Source of the DNA: the human T2T-CHM13v2.0 reference genome, Homo sapiens
DNA length: 64,000 nucleotides
Assembly (NCBI RefSeq): GCF_009914755.1
Contig: NC_060936.1
Strand: one strand, 5' to 3'
Shown: positions 1 through 12,570 of the stretch, piece after piece
Layout: the number at the start of each line of letters is the position of its first letter
How positions within the stretch are numbered: position 1 is the stretch's first letter
Notes under the pieces: generated by a model
Told to the model about the DNA's origin: nothing
The model's input: only the letters and a program-made list of their open reading frames with translations
Databases searched by the model: none
Made by a program: the position numbers and the translations under genes

Positions 1-29
1 ACCCAGCCTCTGGAGAAGTCTGCCTAAGG

Positions 30-196
30 CCAAATCCTAGCTCTGCCACTTAGCAGATTTGTAACTTTGGGCAAGGCGCTTAACCTCTCTGGGCCTCAAT
101 GTTCTCACCCTTAAAACTGGATTAGCAATAGGTATCCCTATTATAATAATATATAGTGAGAGGTAGGAAGAGATAATGTCCATAATGTGCTTAGCG
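30..196 (+). mobile_element. MIR SINE
   Basis: MIR core aaatcctagctctgccacttagc...gggcaag...cttaacctctctgggcctca. Confidence 0.7.
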
Positions 197-789
197 CCCC
201 TTAAACACTTGCGACTATTTTCTCCTTTGATTCTTGAAAAAAAAAAAAAGGGCTGAAGAATGGGGATTTCAGTGCTTTCAGAATTTAGGGGGAAGTTGTC
301 TACAGAAGCACAGCTCCTGCGTCTTTTCAGCCAGGTCCTGCTTCTCCCCAGCCTTGTTGGATCAGCTATTCTTGATGTCCAGCTGTGTCCTCATCAGCAT
401 GGACAATCATCCTGTTTTGCTAATTAACACCCGCCCTGTTAATGATTAAATCTAATGACTTTGACTTGCGTGTGGGAGGATGGAAAATTCCCCAGCCACA
501 GGACGGGATGAGGGTAGGTTTCCAGGAATGGGAGGGCAAGGGCCCCTTGGGCTCTGGACATGTTCCTCTAGGTGACTGGGGAGCAGATGCCTGCTTTTCT
601 CTTGGGGCTGCTCAGCAGGGGAGTGTGTATAGGGGAGTCATTTGAAAGTTATAGCCCAGTCCTCCTTCCCCCGTCCTCCCAGGCTTGGCAGAGGGTACTG
701 GGCCCCAGCCCCAGCCCAAACCTTGCATCCCTCTTGCCAAGGGTTAGCCATTGCTTGTTGCTGTGGCTGGAGAAGGGGTGAGAAGTGAG

Positions 790-1020
790 AAGTCCCTAGG
801 ACTGCTGTAACAAAGTGCCACTAACTGGGTGGCTTAAACAACAGAAATTAATTCTCTCACAATTCCGGAGGCTAGGAGTCTGAATTCAAGGTGTCAGCAG
901 TGCCATAGACCTTTAGGGAAGAATTCTGTGTGCCTCTTTCAGCTTTTAGTGGCTCTGGTGTTCCTTGGCTTATGGCAGCATAACTCTGATTTCTGCCTCT
1001 ATCTTCACACAGCCTTCTTC

Positions 1021-1055
<35 letters not shown>

Positions 1056-1533
1056 AGACAAGTTCTTGCTCTGTGGCCCAGGCTGGAGTGAGTGCAGTGG
1101 TGTGATCTCACCTCGCGGCAATCTCTGCCTCCCGGTTCACATGATCCGCTCCGCTCAGCCTCCCGAGGAGCTGAGACCACAGGCGTGCTCCACCACGCCT
1201 GGCTATATTTTGTATTTTTAGTAGAGACAGGTTTTCACCATGTTTGTCAGGCTGGTCTCGAACTCCTGACCTCAGGTGATCCACCCACCTTGGCCTCCTA
1301 AAGTGTTGGGATTACAGGTGTGAGCCACTGTGCCTGGTCCTTCTTCCCTCTTGTGTGTCTGTGTTCTCTCCTCTTCTAACAAGGACACCAGTCATTGAAT
1401 TTAGGGCCCACCCCAAATCCAGTATTATTTCATCTTGAAATTGTAATTAATTACATTAGCAAAGACCTTATTTCTGTATTCTGAGATTTTGGGTGGACAT
1501 GAACTTTTGGGAGACACTAATCAACCTACTACA
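790..1533 (-). mobile_element. MaLR LTR (MLT1A/B-like), split by an Alu
   Basis: ctgctgtaacaaagtgccac...ctgggtggcttaaacaacagaaatt...aaggacaccagtcattgaatttagggcccacc...ctaca. Confidence 0.75.
1026..1339 (-). mobile_element. Alu (S-type) with TSD ccttcttccctctt
   Basis: Poly-T, dimeric Alu body, direct repeats 1013-1026 and 1339-1352. Confidence 0.95.
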
Positions 1534-2356
1534 GATGGTGAGAGTGCCTGACAGGGCAGGGAGATGGTGAGTGCTCTAAGATTAGGATAGGGGGTCCTGC
1601 CAGAGCAGGCATAGGAGGCCAGTAGCCTTCTGTCTCTCTCCCCTCCCCAAGAAGACGAGGATGTGTTCAGAATCCCTGGTTGGGGTTGGGCTGGTCTCAA
1701 GAGGCCTTAAAGAGGAGGCTACTGGTGGTGAAGACGGGGAAGAGATGGGAGGACCGGTGGTCTAGACTGGAAAAAAGAAGGCTGAGAGGAGGACTTGGAA
1801 GGGAAAACTTTGGGTCCCTGTAACTTAGTCCCAGTGGAAGGGGAGACTGTAACGTGTGTGATGAACAATCACAACTTGTCGTATGATGAAAAAATGAAGT
1901 TGCATTTTGCTTACATAGTCCAAGATGCATTTTAGTTTCATGATACTTGTTGTTTCCCAGCATTCCTTTATACTTTATTGCGGGGTGGATAGGGGTAAAG
2001 TTTTCCTTGCTTCTGGGCGAAAACCCAGGAAAGCCTCTGAACCTTGCTGCTCACTCTCAGGTGAGGGATAGTCTCTATTCAGAAATTAGAACAACCAGGC
2101 TAATATATGAATCAAAACCTGAAACCATTTAGTGTCACTTCTCCAGGCTGCTGGGCCCTGCTTCAGTCAGAAGCTTGTGTGGGAAAGCAGGGAGTGAGTG
2201 GCTGGCTCTGCTCCACTTCTCTGTCCTGCTCTCCCTCCTGCTCTGCCCCTAGCCCGGCCTTTCCCCCGCCCTCACTAGAAGCTGTTTCAGAGTGAGGTGT
2301 GTTGGTGAGGGGTGGGGTGGTGCAGAGCCGACTGGCAGGGGTAGATCAGTTTTGAG

Positions 2357-2409
2357 ATCAGTTGGTACTCAGCCTCCTCCATCAGTTGGTACTCAGCCTC
2401 CTCCATCAG
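2357..2409. repeat. Perfect 24-bp tandem duplication
   Basis: atcagttggtactcagcctcctcc x2 + atcag. Confidence 0.95.
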
Positions 2410-4094
2410 CTGATACCACCCTCAGGCTCTTTCTCTGTGTTCTCTGGTGATTATTCTCTGACAGGCGTTTTCCTGGGTCTTCAGGGTTCACCTCACCTGT
2501 GTCCCAGGAGTTGCGACTCCTTCCTCAGCTGCTGGGGTCCTTTTGTTCATTGAGGTAGCCCTATTGCACAGGATCCAAGATGGACCCAGGGGAATGCACC
2601 TGTCTCCTTCTCAGGGGCCCGTAGCTGGTTCTGCCCTGATTAGGCAAACCCTGTGGTGCAGGGTGTCTCAGTAGCAGCTCTGCTGGAATGCTCACATGTC
2701 CCCAGTCCTCTCTCTCCTTCTAAACTTCTGGGAAGTACCCAGACTCCAGAACACTCTGTTCCCAATGCTGGGGGCCACATTCTCAGCTCTTCGGGTAACC
2801 CGTGCAGGCATCTCACTGGGTTTGCTGTAAGGGAGTAGGCGCCTCTCTCCTTCCTTGGGAGGGAGGGGATGGGGCTAACAGCAGTTTTCTCCATACATTT
2901 CTTCCTCGCAGAATCCTCCCTCCCCTCCATACTATGACCCTCTTTTATATTCTTGATCTGGCTGAGGGGGTCAGAAACTAGTTTTTAAAATTTTTCACAT
3001 GATGATTTGGTGCCTCGGTTTGAAATTTCCTTTGTTGTATCTTGGTGCCTGGAAATTATACTTTTATATCCTTTTACAAAAGGAACTGGGTTTAAGACTG
3101 TGCCAGGAGGGAGGGGTGTCAGGCTCTAAGTCTATACTAGCAACTTCGCTTCTCTTTGTCAGGGAAAGCTGGACACAAAACAAACATTCCATCCCAGAGG
3201 TGGAATGGCCAGCAGAGGGCAGCAGATCCTGCTTAAAACCCTGCTTCCCTCCTTGGACTCATTGGTGCTAGATTATTTCATTCAATCTCCAGACGCCACA
3301 TGTCCCCCAGGTGCTGGGGCTCAGCTCTCATGGCATCTCAATCAGTTCCCTGGCATTAGCCCCACTTCCTGGCTCTCTGCAGTCTAACCACCATTCTTCC
3401 TTTTTGAAGTATCAAAAATGAATCAGTCTGCATTGGATGCTAACAGCCGTGTACTAAGCACCTGTGTTGCAATGAGTGCAGAGATCAAAGCCATACTCTC
3501 TGCCCTGGAGAAGCCAAGCTGGTGAGGGAGACTTGTGAACAGACACTGAGAGCTGCAAAATAGTAACTGCTGTTGTAGAGGCAGAAATAAGGACTTTGGG
3601 AGCATTGAGGAAGGGGCAGCCTGAAGGAACCAGAGAAGGCTTGCAGAGGAGGGCGAATTGGAGTTAGGCTTTTTTTTTTTTTAATTTAAAGTTGAGTAGG
3701 ACTTACAGGAAGAATAATGTGAGAATAAGGGGGAAGCAGATTGACAGAATTCTGGTGGACAAGGGAGGTGAAATTAGCAAGGGAGGCGGAGAGAGGGTAG
3801 CAAAGAGTGGTGGCTACGGCAGTGTTTGGAGACTAAGGGGAGACTGGGGTCTTGGGGGACCCTTGGGGAGACACCTTAGCAGAAGAAGAGCTTCCTTTTC
3901 CTCTCCCAGTTTCCAGAAAGAGGGTCTGAGGCTCTGGGGCTGCAAGGATTCTATTGAACTTAGAGGTTATTGGAAGAAATGGAGGGGGATGGGAGTCTTG
4001 AACTCTTCAGAGAAGCAACACTTGAAGGATTCGATGTTGTTTAGCTGGGAGAAAAGAAGATTCGATGTTGTGTAGCCGGGTGGGTGAGCTTGGC

Positions 4095-4330
4095 ATAATA
4101 GAGGGAGTGAGAGCATGGGCTTTGGATGGAGTCAGTCCGGCCTTGGAACAAATCCTGATTCTTCCAATACTCCAGTGACCTTGGGCTGGTTGCTTTACTT
4201 CTCTGATCTTATTTCCTTATCGAAGAAATAGGAATAATAATAATTCCTACATCTTAGAGATGTTTCAAGTATTGAATGGGATAATATACACAAAACTCTT
4301 AGCACACTTCCTTGTTAGTTCTCATTAAAT
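4095..4330 (+). mobile_element. MIR SINE
   Basis: agagcatgggctttgga...gtgaccttggg...aataataattcctac...cttagcaca. Confidence 0.65.
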
Positions 4331-4970
4331 GGTATTATTTATTATTAAAATGATTGTCTTTAGATGTTTTAAGGGTTGTCATGTGGAAATAAGAACCCAC
4401 GTACCTGTGCTGCTCCACCAGGCTGAACAAGTTAGAGGGAGACAAGTTTGACTGGCAGGGAGGCAGAAGGCCCCATCTAAGCCACCAGGGCCTGGAGGAA
4501 GCTACCTTATGCAGAAGGAGTTCTCTGCTGATGGAGGGATCCAGGCAAAAACTGTCTGGGGGCTCTTTCCAAATCAATGCTTCAGAATCCTGGGTTGTTC
4601 TGAAATTATGCATCAGTCTATAAGTGAAAGATTCTGTGATTCCACTTGAGGAAAAGGGCCCCTGGGACAGGAGAGAAGGAGCTAACAGGAGAAAGAATAA
4701 GTGCTTTGCTAATCTAGAGCCTTATAATCTGAGGCCTCAACTGTTCTGTCTCCTTGGGTGAGGGAGGACTTGCGGAGGGCTCTATGGAGGCTGTCCTGAC
4801 CCTCTTCCTACCCCGCTGTGAAGGAACTCCATATTCTGTGTAGGAAGTTTGGGAGTGAAGGGGGACATTGTTTTTTTGATAAGACCCTTTCCCACCCCCT
4901 ATAAAAGAAAGTCCCCATTTTGGAGTCCCCCTACCTGAACATGTGTTGAGAAGGCCTTTCTGCGCTATAG

Positions 4971-5030
4971 CTTCAGGCTTCTTTACTTCAGGCTTCTTCA
5001 CTTCAGGCTTCCTCACTTCAGGCTTCCTCT
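4971..5030. repeat. 15-bp minisatellite (CTTCAGGCTTCYTYW)x4
   Basis: Four near-perfect units; reads (R/K)KPEV repeats on the minus strand. Confidence 0.95.
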
Positions 5031-5339
5031 GATGCTGGGTTAGGTTCTGTGGGCAGGTGATCTTCTCCTCACTTCTTCAGGAATCCTGTAGAGGTGAGCG
5101 GGGAGAGCACTGGGCTTTTGAGCAAGAAGGCTTCTCAGCCCCTCCCAGCATCCTTTTCTTCTAACCACTCTGGGAAAAGGTGACCCTTATCGGCTGCCCC
5201 ATCCCTGTGCCCATTTCCATTAGAGGGGAGGACTTTGCTCCCTACCTCACACGGGGGTGGGTGTCAGAGTGAACCCTTCTAGCCTCTCGCTGTTCCTTAC
5301 TTGCTCTTTTCTAGGAAAAAAAAAGTAGCTAATTTTACT

Positions 5340-6300
5340 GATCATTCATTCATTTGTTTATTCAATTCACTCATGAATTCAATTCAAATTCATTCATCGA
5401 ACTTCAACTCTTTGCCCAGTAATTACTGTTCAAGGTACTGGAGAGAAAATAGTGAATAATAATGATTGATACGTTCCCAGGTTTCATGGAGCTTACATTT
5501 TTGTGAGGTAAAAAAGTATATAAACAAGTGAATAAATGTAAAAGTAGGAACATTTCAGAGCATAGGAAATGCAATGAGGGGAATAAACAAGGCGAGGTGA
5601 CAGAAGTAACTGGGGGGAGGATGGGTGGGAGTGGCCAGGGAAGCTCTCTGATAAGATGACATTTGAACCAAGACCTGAAGGGTGAGAGGGAGTCAGCTAT
5701 GCAGACAGCAAGAGGAAGAGGATTCTAAGCAGAGTGAACAAGGATGAAACTGGGAAAGAGGCTGGTGTGTCCAAGGACCGTGAAGGGCGCCAGCATGGTC
5801 ACGCTGTATTGGGCAGGAGAGCGGAATGAGATGAGGTTGGGGGGATATTTGGAAGCCAGACCACACAGGGCCTTGTAGACCCTGCTAGAGAGTTTGGATT
5901 TTATTTGAAGTGTAATGGGAACCACCTGATAATTTTAAGGAGCAGACCTGATCTGATATATACTTTGAAAAGACCACTTGTCTAGTTACTGACGGAGCCT
6001 GGATTGTACGGGCTTAGAGTGGAGGCAGAGAGCTTACTCAGAAAGCCATTGCAGAGGTTCAGGTGGTCAACAGTGGAAGTGGAAACAGGGTGGTGGCAGA
6101 GAGATGGGGAGAGAGGGGTGAAGTCAGGATATATTTCAGAGATAGAATCTGTAGGCTTGTTGGTGAATTAATTGTGGGGATTGAGGGAAAGGCAGAAATC
6201 AAGATTGACTCTTAGGTTTTTGGTTTGACTAATTGAGTATATGGGGGTGATACTTAACGAGACAGGAAGATGAGATGAAGAGGTCTATTAAGGCATTAGT
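5340..6300 (-). mobile_element. L2 LINE 3' fragment (approximate bounds)
   Basis: attcattcatt tail, catggagcttacatt, gacatttgaaccaagacctgaagg, tttggattttatt motifs. Confidence 0.6.
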
Positions 6301-7167
6301 CCAGGGGTAGTAACAAGATTGTAATGGCATGGCTTCAACAGAACAGAAGTTAAACAGAGATAATATGGTGGCTCCACAATATTCTGGACATTCTATCTCG
6401 TTACCCTTTCTTTTCAATATGTAGCTTCCATTTAGTGGCCTAAGAGGGCTGCTCTAGCTCCCATGCCTTTATCTCATTCCAGTCAGCGTGAAGGATTTAG
6501 AAAGGAGAAAGGGAGGACACACTCTTTCTGTCAAGGGCACCACCTGTCATTTGCCCTTATTGTATTTGTTCATATCCTCCTGTCCAAAACCTAGTCACAT
6601 GGCCACATCTGTCTGTAAGGAAGCTTGGGAAATGAAGTCATTAGCTACATGGAAAAAATGGCAGGGTCAGTGAATCGGAGGTCTGGATCAGGTCAAAGAA
6701 TTGTTACAACTGGACTTCTACTGTAATGGAGATGGAAGGGCAGGAAATTGTGGCCAGAGCGTGGGATTCTTGAATTTAGGATTTTGGAAGTGGCTGTGGT
6801 GGCGCGTAGGCTGAGGTACAAAGGTTAAGAACTGAGAAGTCAGAGTGTTGGGGGGTCATCGGCATGAACACTGACAGTCCTCAAAAAAGGACAGGAGCAA
6901 GTGGGAAGAGGAAGACCAGGTGCTGAGGTTAGGGGCTCCCTGTAAGGGAAAGGGGTTGGTAGGAGGGCGCAGCATGTATTCTGAGCTTCAAAGAAGGGGA
7001 GATTTTGGAGTAGAACGGAAGAGGAATGGTTTAGAAGTGGCAGTGGAGAACAAGGAGGAAAATCCTTCTTCCCACCTTTGGATTCTGAGGCGGTTGGTGG
7101 CTAAAGGAGAAAGCAGTTTCCACTTGAGAGTGAAATAGAGGTTGTCAGAGTCTCAGAAAATCTGAAA

Positions 7168-7469
7168 TTATTATTATTATTATTTTTTAAAGGACAGGTT
7201 CTTACTCTCTCACCCAGGCTGGAGTACAGTGGCATGATTGTAGCTCACTGCAGCCTTGAACTCCTGGGCTTAAGTGATCCTCCCACCTCAGCCTCTGAAG
7301 TAGCTGGGGCTACAGGCACGTGCCACCATGCCCAGCTAATTGTTTTTATTTTAGAGACAGGGTCTTGCTATGTTGCCTAGTCTGGTCTTGAAAACCTAGC
7401 CTCAAGCGTTCCTCCCACCTTGGCCTCCCAAAGCTCTAGAATTACAGGCATGAGCCACCACACCTGGCC
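7168..7469 (-). mobile_element. Alu (J-type)
   Basis: tagctcactgcagccttgaactcctgggctt J-type motif; (TTA)n tail. Confidence 0.9.
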
Positions 7470-7963
7470 TTAAAATGTTATTTTAGATTAGGCAATATCA
7501 GTTGAAAGATGGGAGAAGAAAGAAGAAAAAACGGGTATCAGTTGAAAGTTGGGAGAAGAAAGAAAAAAAAGGGAGATTAAGCAATAGAGAGAAAATTCAA
7601 AACAAGACATTGGGAATACCAAGGAATTTACTGACCACTGATCAGGAGTTCTAGAGGGCATAGTAAAAGGGTTTGGCAGAGAGAGACTGGGCAGAGAGAA
7701 TTGGGCTAGATTTGGGGCTGACAGAGCCAAACAGGGTAGGGGTTCTGGATGACAAATATATCTGAAAGCTTTGGCTTGGTCCTGGAAGTGACTGTGGTCA
7801 ACAGAGAGACAGGACCCAAGGATCTTGGTTGCCCACCTTTCTACAAGAGGAATCAGGACAAGGAATAGACCTTGGTGCTGACCTGAATGGTTTCAAGGCC
7901 TTTGGTGACTGATTCCTATGGCTTAAGGGGGGATGTGAGTGGTGGCTAATCCCATGGGAGATG

Positions 7964-8480
7964 TGTGGGAGCAGAATAACTAATGGCCCCACAAAGAGGT
8001 CCATGTCGGAAATCACAGAACCTGTGAGTGTGTTGGGTTACACTGGCAACAGAGAATTAAGGTTGCAGATTGAACTGAGGTTGCTAATCAGCTGGTCTTA
8101 AAATAGGGAAATTCTCCTAGATTATCTGGGTGGGCCTGGTATAATCTCAAGCATCCCTAAATGTGGACAAAGGATTCCAAAGAGATAACTAGACTGATGG
8201 CAGGGTGAGAAGCCTTGGCCGGATGGGGCTGGCTTTGAAAATGGAGGAATGGGGCCATGGGCCAAAGACTGTGGACAGCCTTTAGAAGCTGGAAAGGGCA
8301 AGGAAATGAATTCTCCCCTAGAGACTCCAGAAAGGAACGCAGCCCTGCCTGCTGACATGCCTTGATTTTAGCCCAGTGAGACCCATCTGGAACTCCTGAA
8401 CTACAGAACTGTAAAATAATTAATTTGTGTTGTTTTAAGCTGGTAAATTTGTGGTAATTTGTAATTAGAAAACTAATACA
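7964..8480 (+). mobile_element. MaLR solo LTR (MLT1D/E-like) with 5-bp TSD AGATG
   Basis: TG...aactaataCA termini; agatg at 7959-7963 and 8481-8485. Confidence 0.88.
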
Positions 8481-11463
8481 AGATGAAAGGCTCTCTTCTG
8501 GGTGACTGCTCCTTCCCACAGGGTGAGATGCTATGACAGCTGGTGAGACAGAACATTTATTACACCACGTTTCACCAGGGGGCGGAGTTAATGCATCAAC
8601 AGGAATGTTCCTCAACAGCTTTGCCTCTTTCCCTCCTGCCCTCTCTCATGAGGGTGCACACTTGGACAGGACTTCACCTTCCCACCTCTTCCCTGGGGGA
8701 TGCATGCTGTTTCTCTCACCGTTTAGTGGCTCAGGCAGGACAGAGAGAAGGCCCCTTTTGGGCTTGTGTCTCGATAGCATTCTCCAGCTCAGCCTTGCCA
8801 GAGAGGTCAGAGTGCTGTGGGTTCCCCGGCACTTGTCTGGCTGTTAATACAATCGATGTTTTGGTTTCCTTTTTGCTCCTTGTTCTCTGGACACCTTCTC
8901 CATTGGCCAGACTCAGAGGGGCAGAGGGATGACGTGCTGGTGGCCCTCCCTGGAGCTGTGATGGTGAAGTCAAAGACTGGCCTTGGGGGACCCAAATACA
9001 GTGGATTTTAACAGCAAACACTCTAAAGGTAACTCTGACCTGCAGCTGCGTGGGTGCAGCTGAGGCTGGAATGAAATTATCCCAATTCCACTTGGGTACA
9101 GAGCATAAGGCTGTGAAATTTTGGCTTCAGATGATGTGTGTTAATATTTAGTAGGTGATGCTAGGTTGGCTGTCCAACTGATTGTCTAGTTTGGTTTCTT
9201 TTATGTTGTTGTTCACTTTTTTCCTAGTTTTCATTTAACACGTTTCTCTTGTTCTTTTTTCTCACCCACAGATGCAGGTCCCAATGTGTGCTTTGTTTTG
9301 AACTGCATTTAGGGTGGCAGGAAGACTCAGGAGGGATTTTGTTTATGGCCTGATCACAGGCTCCTGGGATTATTTCCTACCACGTAGTCTCAAAGTGGCT
9401 TGGGGTTGTACATTTATGAAGCTCCAGCCAGGGTTTCAGATTTCAGAGTCCCACTGTGGGATTAACCACAGAGGTGTGGTCGACTTCATACAGATAAAAA
9501 TAATGGGATCCTTTATGTGGAGGAAATGTCACTGGGTGAAAGTGAAGAAAAACTCCATGGAATTACTATAAACTTGAAGAGTATGGGAGAAATGAACAAG
9601 TCCTGTACCTGGAAAACTCTTTAGAAATCATATTTTCCTAAGAATCAGGGAAACGTGGGGTTCATATAAGGTACAAGTCTTGGTCTTATAGTGAGACAAG
9701 TCAGACAGAAAGGGAAAAGAAAAAAGAGGGCAGTTCTGTTGATTGAGTTGGGAGAAAAGATGAGATTTTCTCAGGAGAAAGTTTGAGTTCATAGAGCCCA
9801 TGCTTGAGATACATTAAAAGAGAAGGGAAATGGCTCTATGCCTAGATAGTTTTAAGGATGGAACTAGAAGAGAGCAGAATATTTATTTATTTCTAGATCA
9901 CGGAGGGTGAATGGGGCCTGGAGAGATTTAACAACGATGCAAAACAGTTTGAGGCCGCTAGAGGGAGCGTTGACCCAGTCACTTGCACAGAGTGAGGGAA
10001 GACGAACAGGAAGTTTAGTGGTGAAACATTATTAGGTAAGTTTCAAAGGAATGCAGGTTTTTTTTTTTTTTTAATGGGGGTTTGGGGGCTGTTATTGCCC
10101 ATGTCCTGAGGAAGCATGCCACAGAATTACTGAGAAGATGAAATACACTCTAAAGGGAATTCATGCGTGAAACAAATAGATCTAGTCACGTCTGAGATTC
10201 TATGTTTTCTAAAAATTTTTAATTTTTTAATTGACAAATCATAGTTGTATACATTTAAGGGGTACAATGTGATGTTTCGATATATGTATACATTGTGGTA
10301 TGATTGAATCAAGCTTAAACTTCTAAATATCATAAGATGATAGAAATATCCTAAGCCCCCACTTTGAAAGAAGAGGCTGTATACATGACCCCACCCTCTG
10401 AAGGCAAACTTAATGCCAACATTAGTCACTCCACGAGAGATTTCTCCCACTTGTGAAGTCAAGGCTTTCTCTCTTCTTGCAGATACCACTTAGTTTCTGC
10501 CACAGTATGATGCTGGCATTAGCCATGGGATTCCTGCACAGCTCAAGTGCCCCATGTGTCTTTTGAGCCTTGAGGAGGAGACTGACATGGAGATGCCTTG
10601 CCATCCCCTCTTCCAACGCAACTGAACCTTCCCTGGTTAAGCAAGACAAATTCCTCCCGCTATGCTGCCGTGAGCTGCTCACTGATAATGACATGTAGGA
10701 GGAACACAGATGAGATGAGGCCCACAAGCAGCAGCAGAAGTGTGGCTGGAGAACCTGCATGGAGCCAGGTACACCTGAGGCACTGCGGCTGAGCGCTGGC
10801 CCTCCATGACATCTCTCTCTGCACCTTGAACCTGTGTAGAAGGTTTTTTTCTTCCACCTTCTACCCCTGCAAAACAAACAAACAAACAAACAAACAAACA
10901 AAACAACCCTTAAAAGCCCCACAAAAAACCATGCACTAGGGCCTGGGCACATAATTGCTCTGGGGCCTGAGAATGTGCTTGTGTTTCTGAGTTTGGTTGG
11001 TGCAGAGCTGGTGCATGGTATTTCGTGTATCCTAGTTACTCTAACTTTGAAAAGGAGGGACCCATGAGCTCCTTGGGGTTGGATTAAGTCAACCTTGTAG
11101 ATGCCAGAGGAACTACTCACATTTCAGGGGGAAAAAGACCAGGAGGGAGCCAGTCCCCTGCCTCCAGGCATAGCAGCCTTTCCCCTGACTCCCAGGGAAC
11201 ATGCCCCATGCTGGTGGCTCTGTGTCCTCCTCATCCTCTACAGATTTGTGAGGCTTCACCATGATCCTTCTTGTAGTCACACCTTAGAGACCTAGGCGGT
11301 GGCTCACCCCGGGCCAGAGAGAGGATGGAGACGCAGGTACCTAACCCTATCTCCACATTGGGAAGCTAAAGTGATAGGGAGAGTGTGTGTACCCCCCCCT
11401 TTCTCTTCCAGATCTTATTCTACCAAACAGCTGGAGCAACAAAAATGACAAAAACCACTCCCA

Positions 11464-11807
<344 letters not shown>

Positions 11808-11894
11808 TCACAAAGTTTTTCATGTTTGAAGGCCCAGCCAGAGCCTGGCAGCTGGTTGGGGGAGACAGAGAATGAGTTTTTGGGAATGGATTTT

Positions 11895-12062
11895 CTATTT
11901 ATTTATTCAGAGACATAGCCTTGCTCTGTCACCCTGGGCTGGAGGGTAGTGGCGCAATCATAGCTCACTGCAGCGTTGAACTCCTGGGCTCAGGCGACCC
12001 TTTTGTGTCAGCCACCCAAGTAGCTGGGACTATATGTGTGCACCACCATGCCCAGCTAATTT

Positions 12063-12127
<65 letters not shown>

Positions 12128-12249
12128 AAATAAGGATGGGGGTCTTGCTATGTTGCTCAGGCTGCTCTCAAACTCCTGACCTCAAGTGATCCTGCCACTT
12201 TGGCCTCCTAAAGTGTTGGTATTACAGGCGAGAGCCACCATGCCTGGCT
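11895..12249 (-). mobile_element. Alu (J-type) with (TA)n expansion in the central linker
   Basis: Two Alu arms separated by a (TA)n + T run at 12062-12127. Confidence 0.9.
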
Positions 12250-12429
12250 GGGAAATGAATTTTCTTTAAGAATGGAGATGTCTAGACAAATGGACATACC
12301 TAGATGCCTTTTGAATGAGACTCTGGGCTAAGGATGAGGAAAACATTGGGAGGGGAGGAATTTTGGACTTTACTTTTCTTGCACTGAAAGAGTGTATTTC
12401 AATTTTGTTCTTTGTGCCTTTTGAAATTA

Positions 12430-12570
12430 GGAGGATTGCTTGAGCCCATGAGGCAGAGGTTGCAGTGAGCAGAGATTGTGCCACTGCATTCCAGCTTGGG
12501 TGACAGAATGACAGAATGAGACCCTGCCTTAAAAAAAAAAAAAAAAAAAAAAGAAAGAAAGAAAGAAAAA
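12430..12570 (+). mobile_element. Alu right-arm fragment
   Basis: ggaggattgcttgagccc...gcagtgagc...A-tail and (GAAA)n. Confidence 0.85.

Noticed and set aside
4506-4545. Minus-strand peptide DPSISRELLLHK resembling bovine PP3 EPSISREDLISK (from memory)
   Set aside because: Very short. The second Ser uses AGC whereas the local GLYCAM1 exon uses TCC, the flanks do not align, and the nearby acceptor would enter a different frame. Probably coincidence.
10422-11120. Longest ORF in the track (232 aa, minus strand)
   Set aside because: Runs through an (AAAC)n microsatellite, has no recognisable domain, and has the composition of non-coding sequence.
8500-11420. Several good-looking plus-strand splice acceptors and a donor (e.g. 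near 9271, 9896, 10035, 10482)
   Set aside because: No consistent reading frame or promoter; such motifs are common by chance, and a lncRNA cannot be supported from sequence alone.
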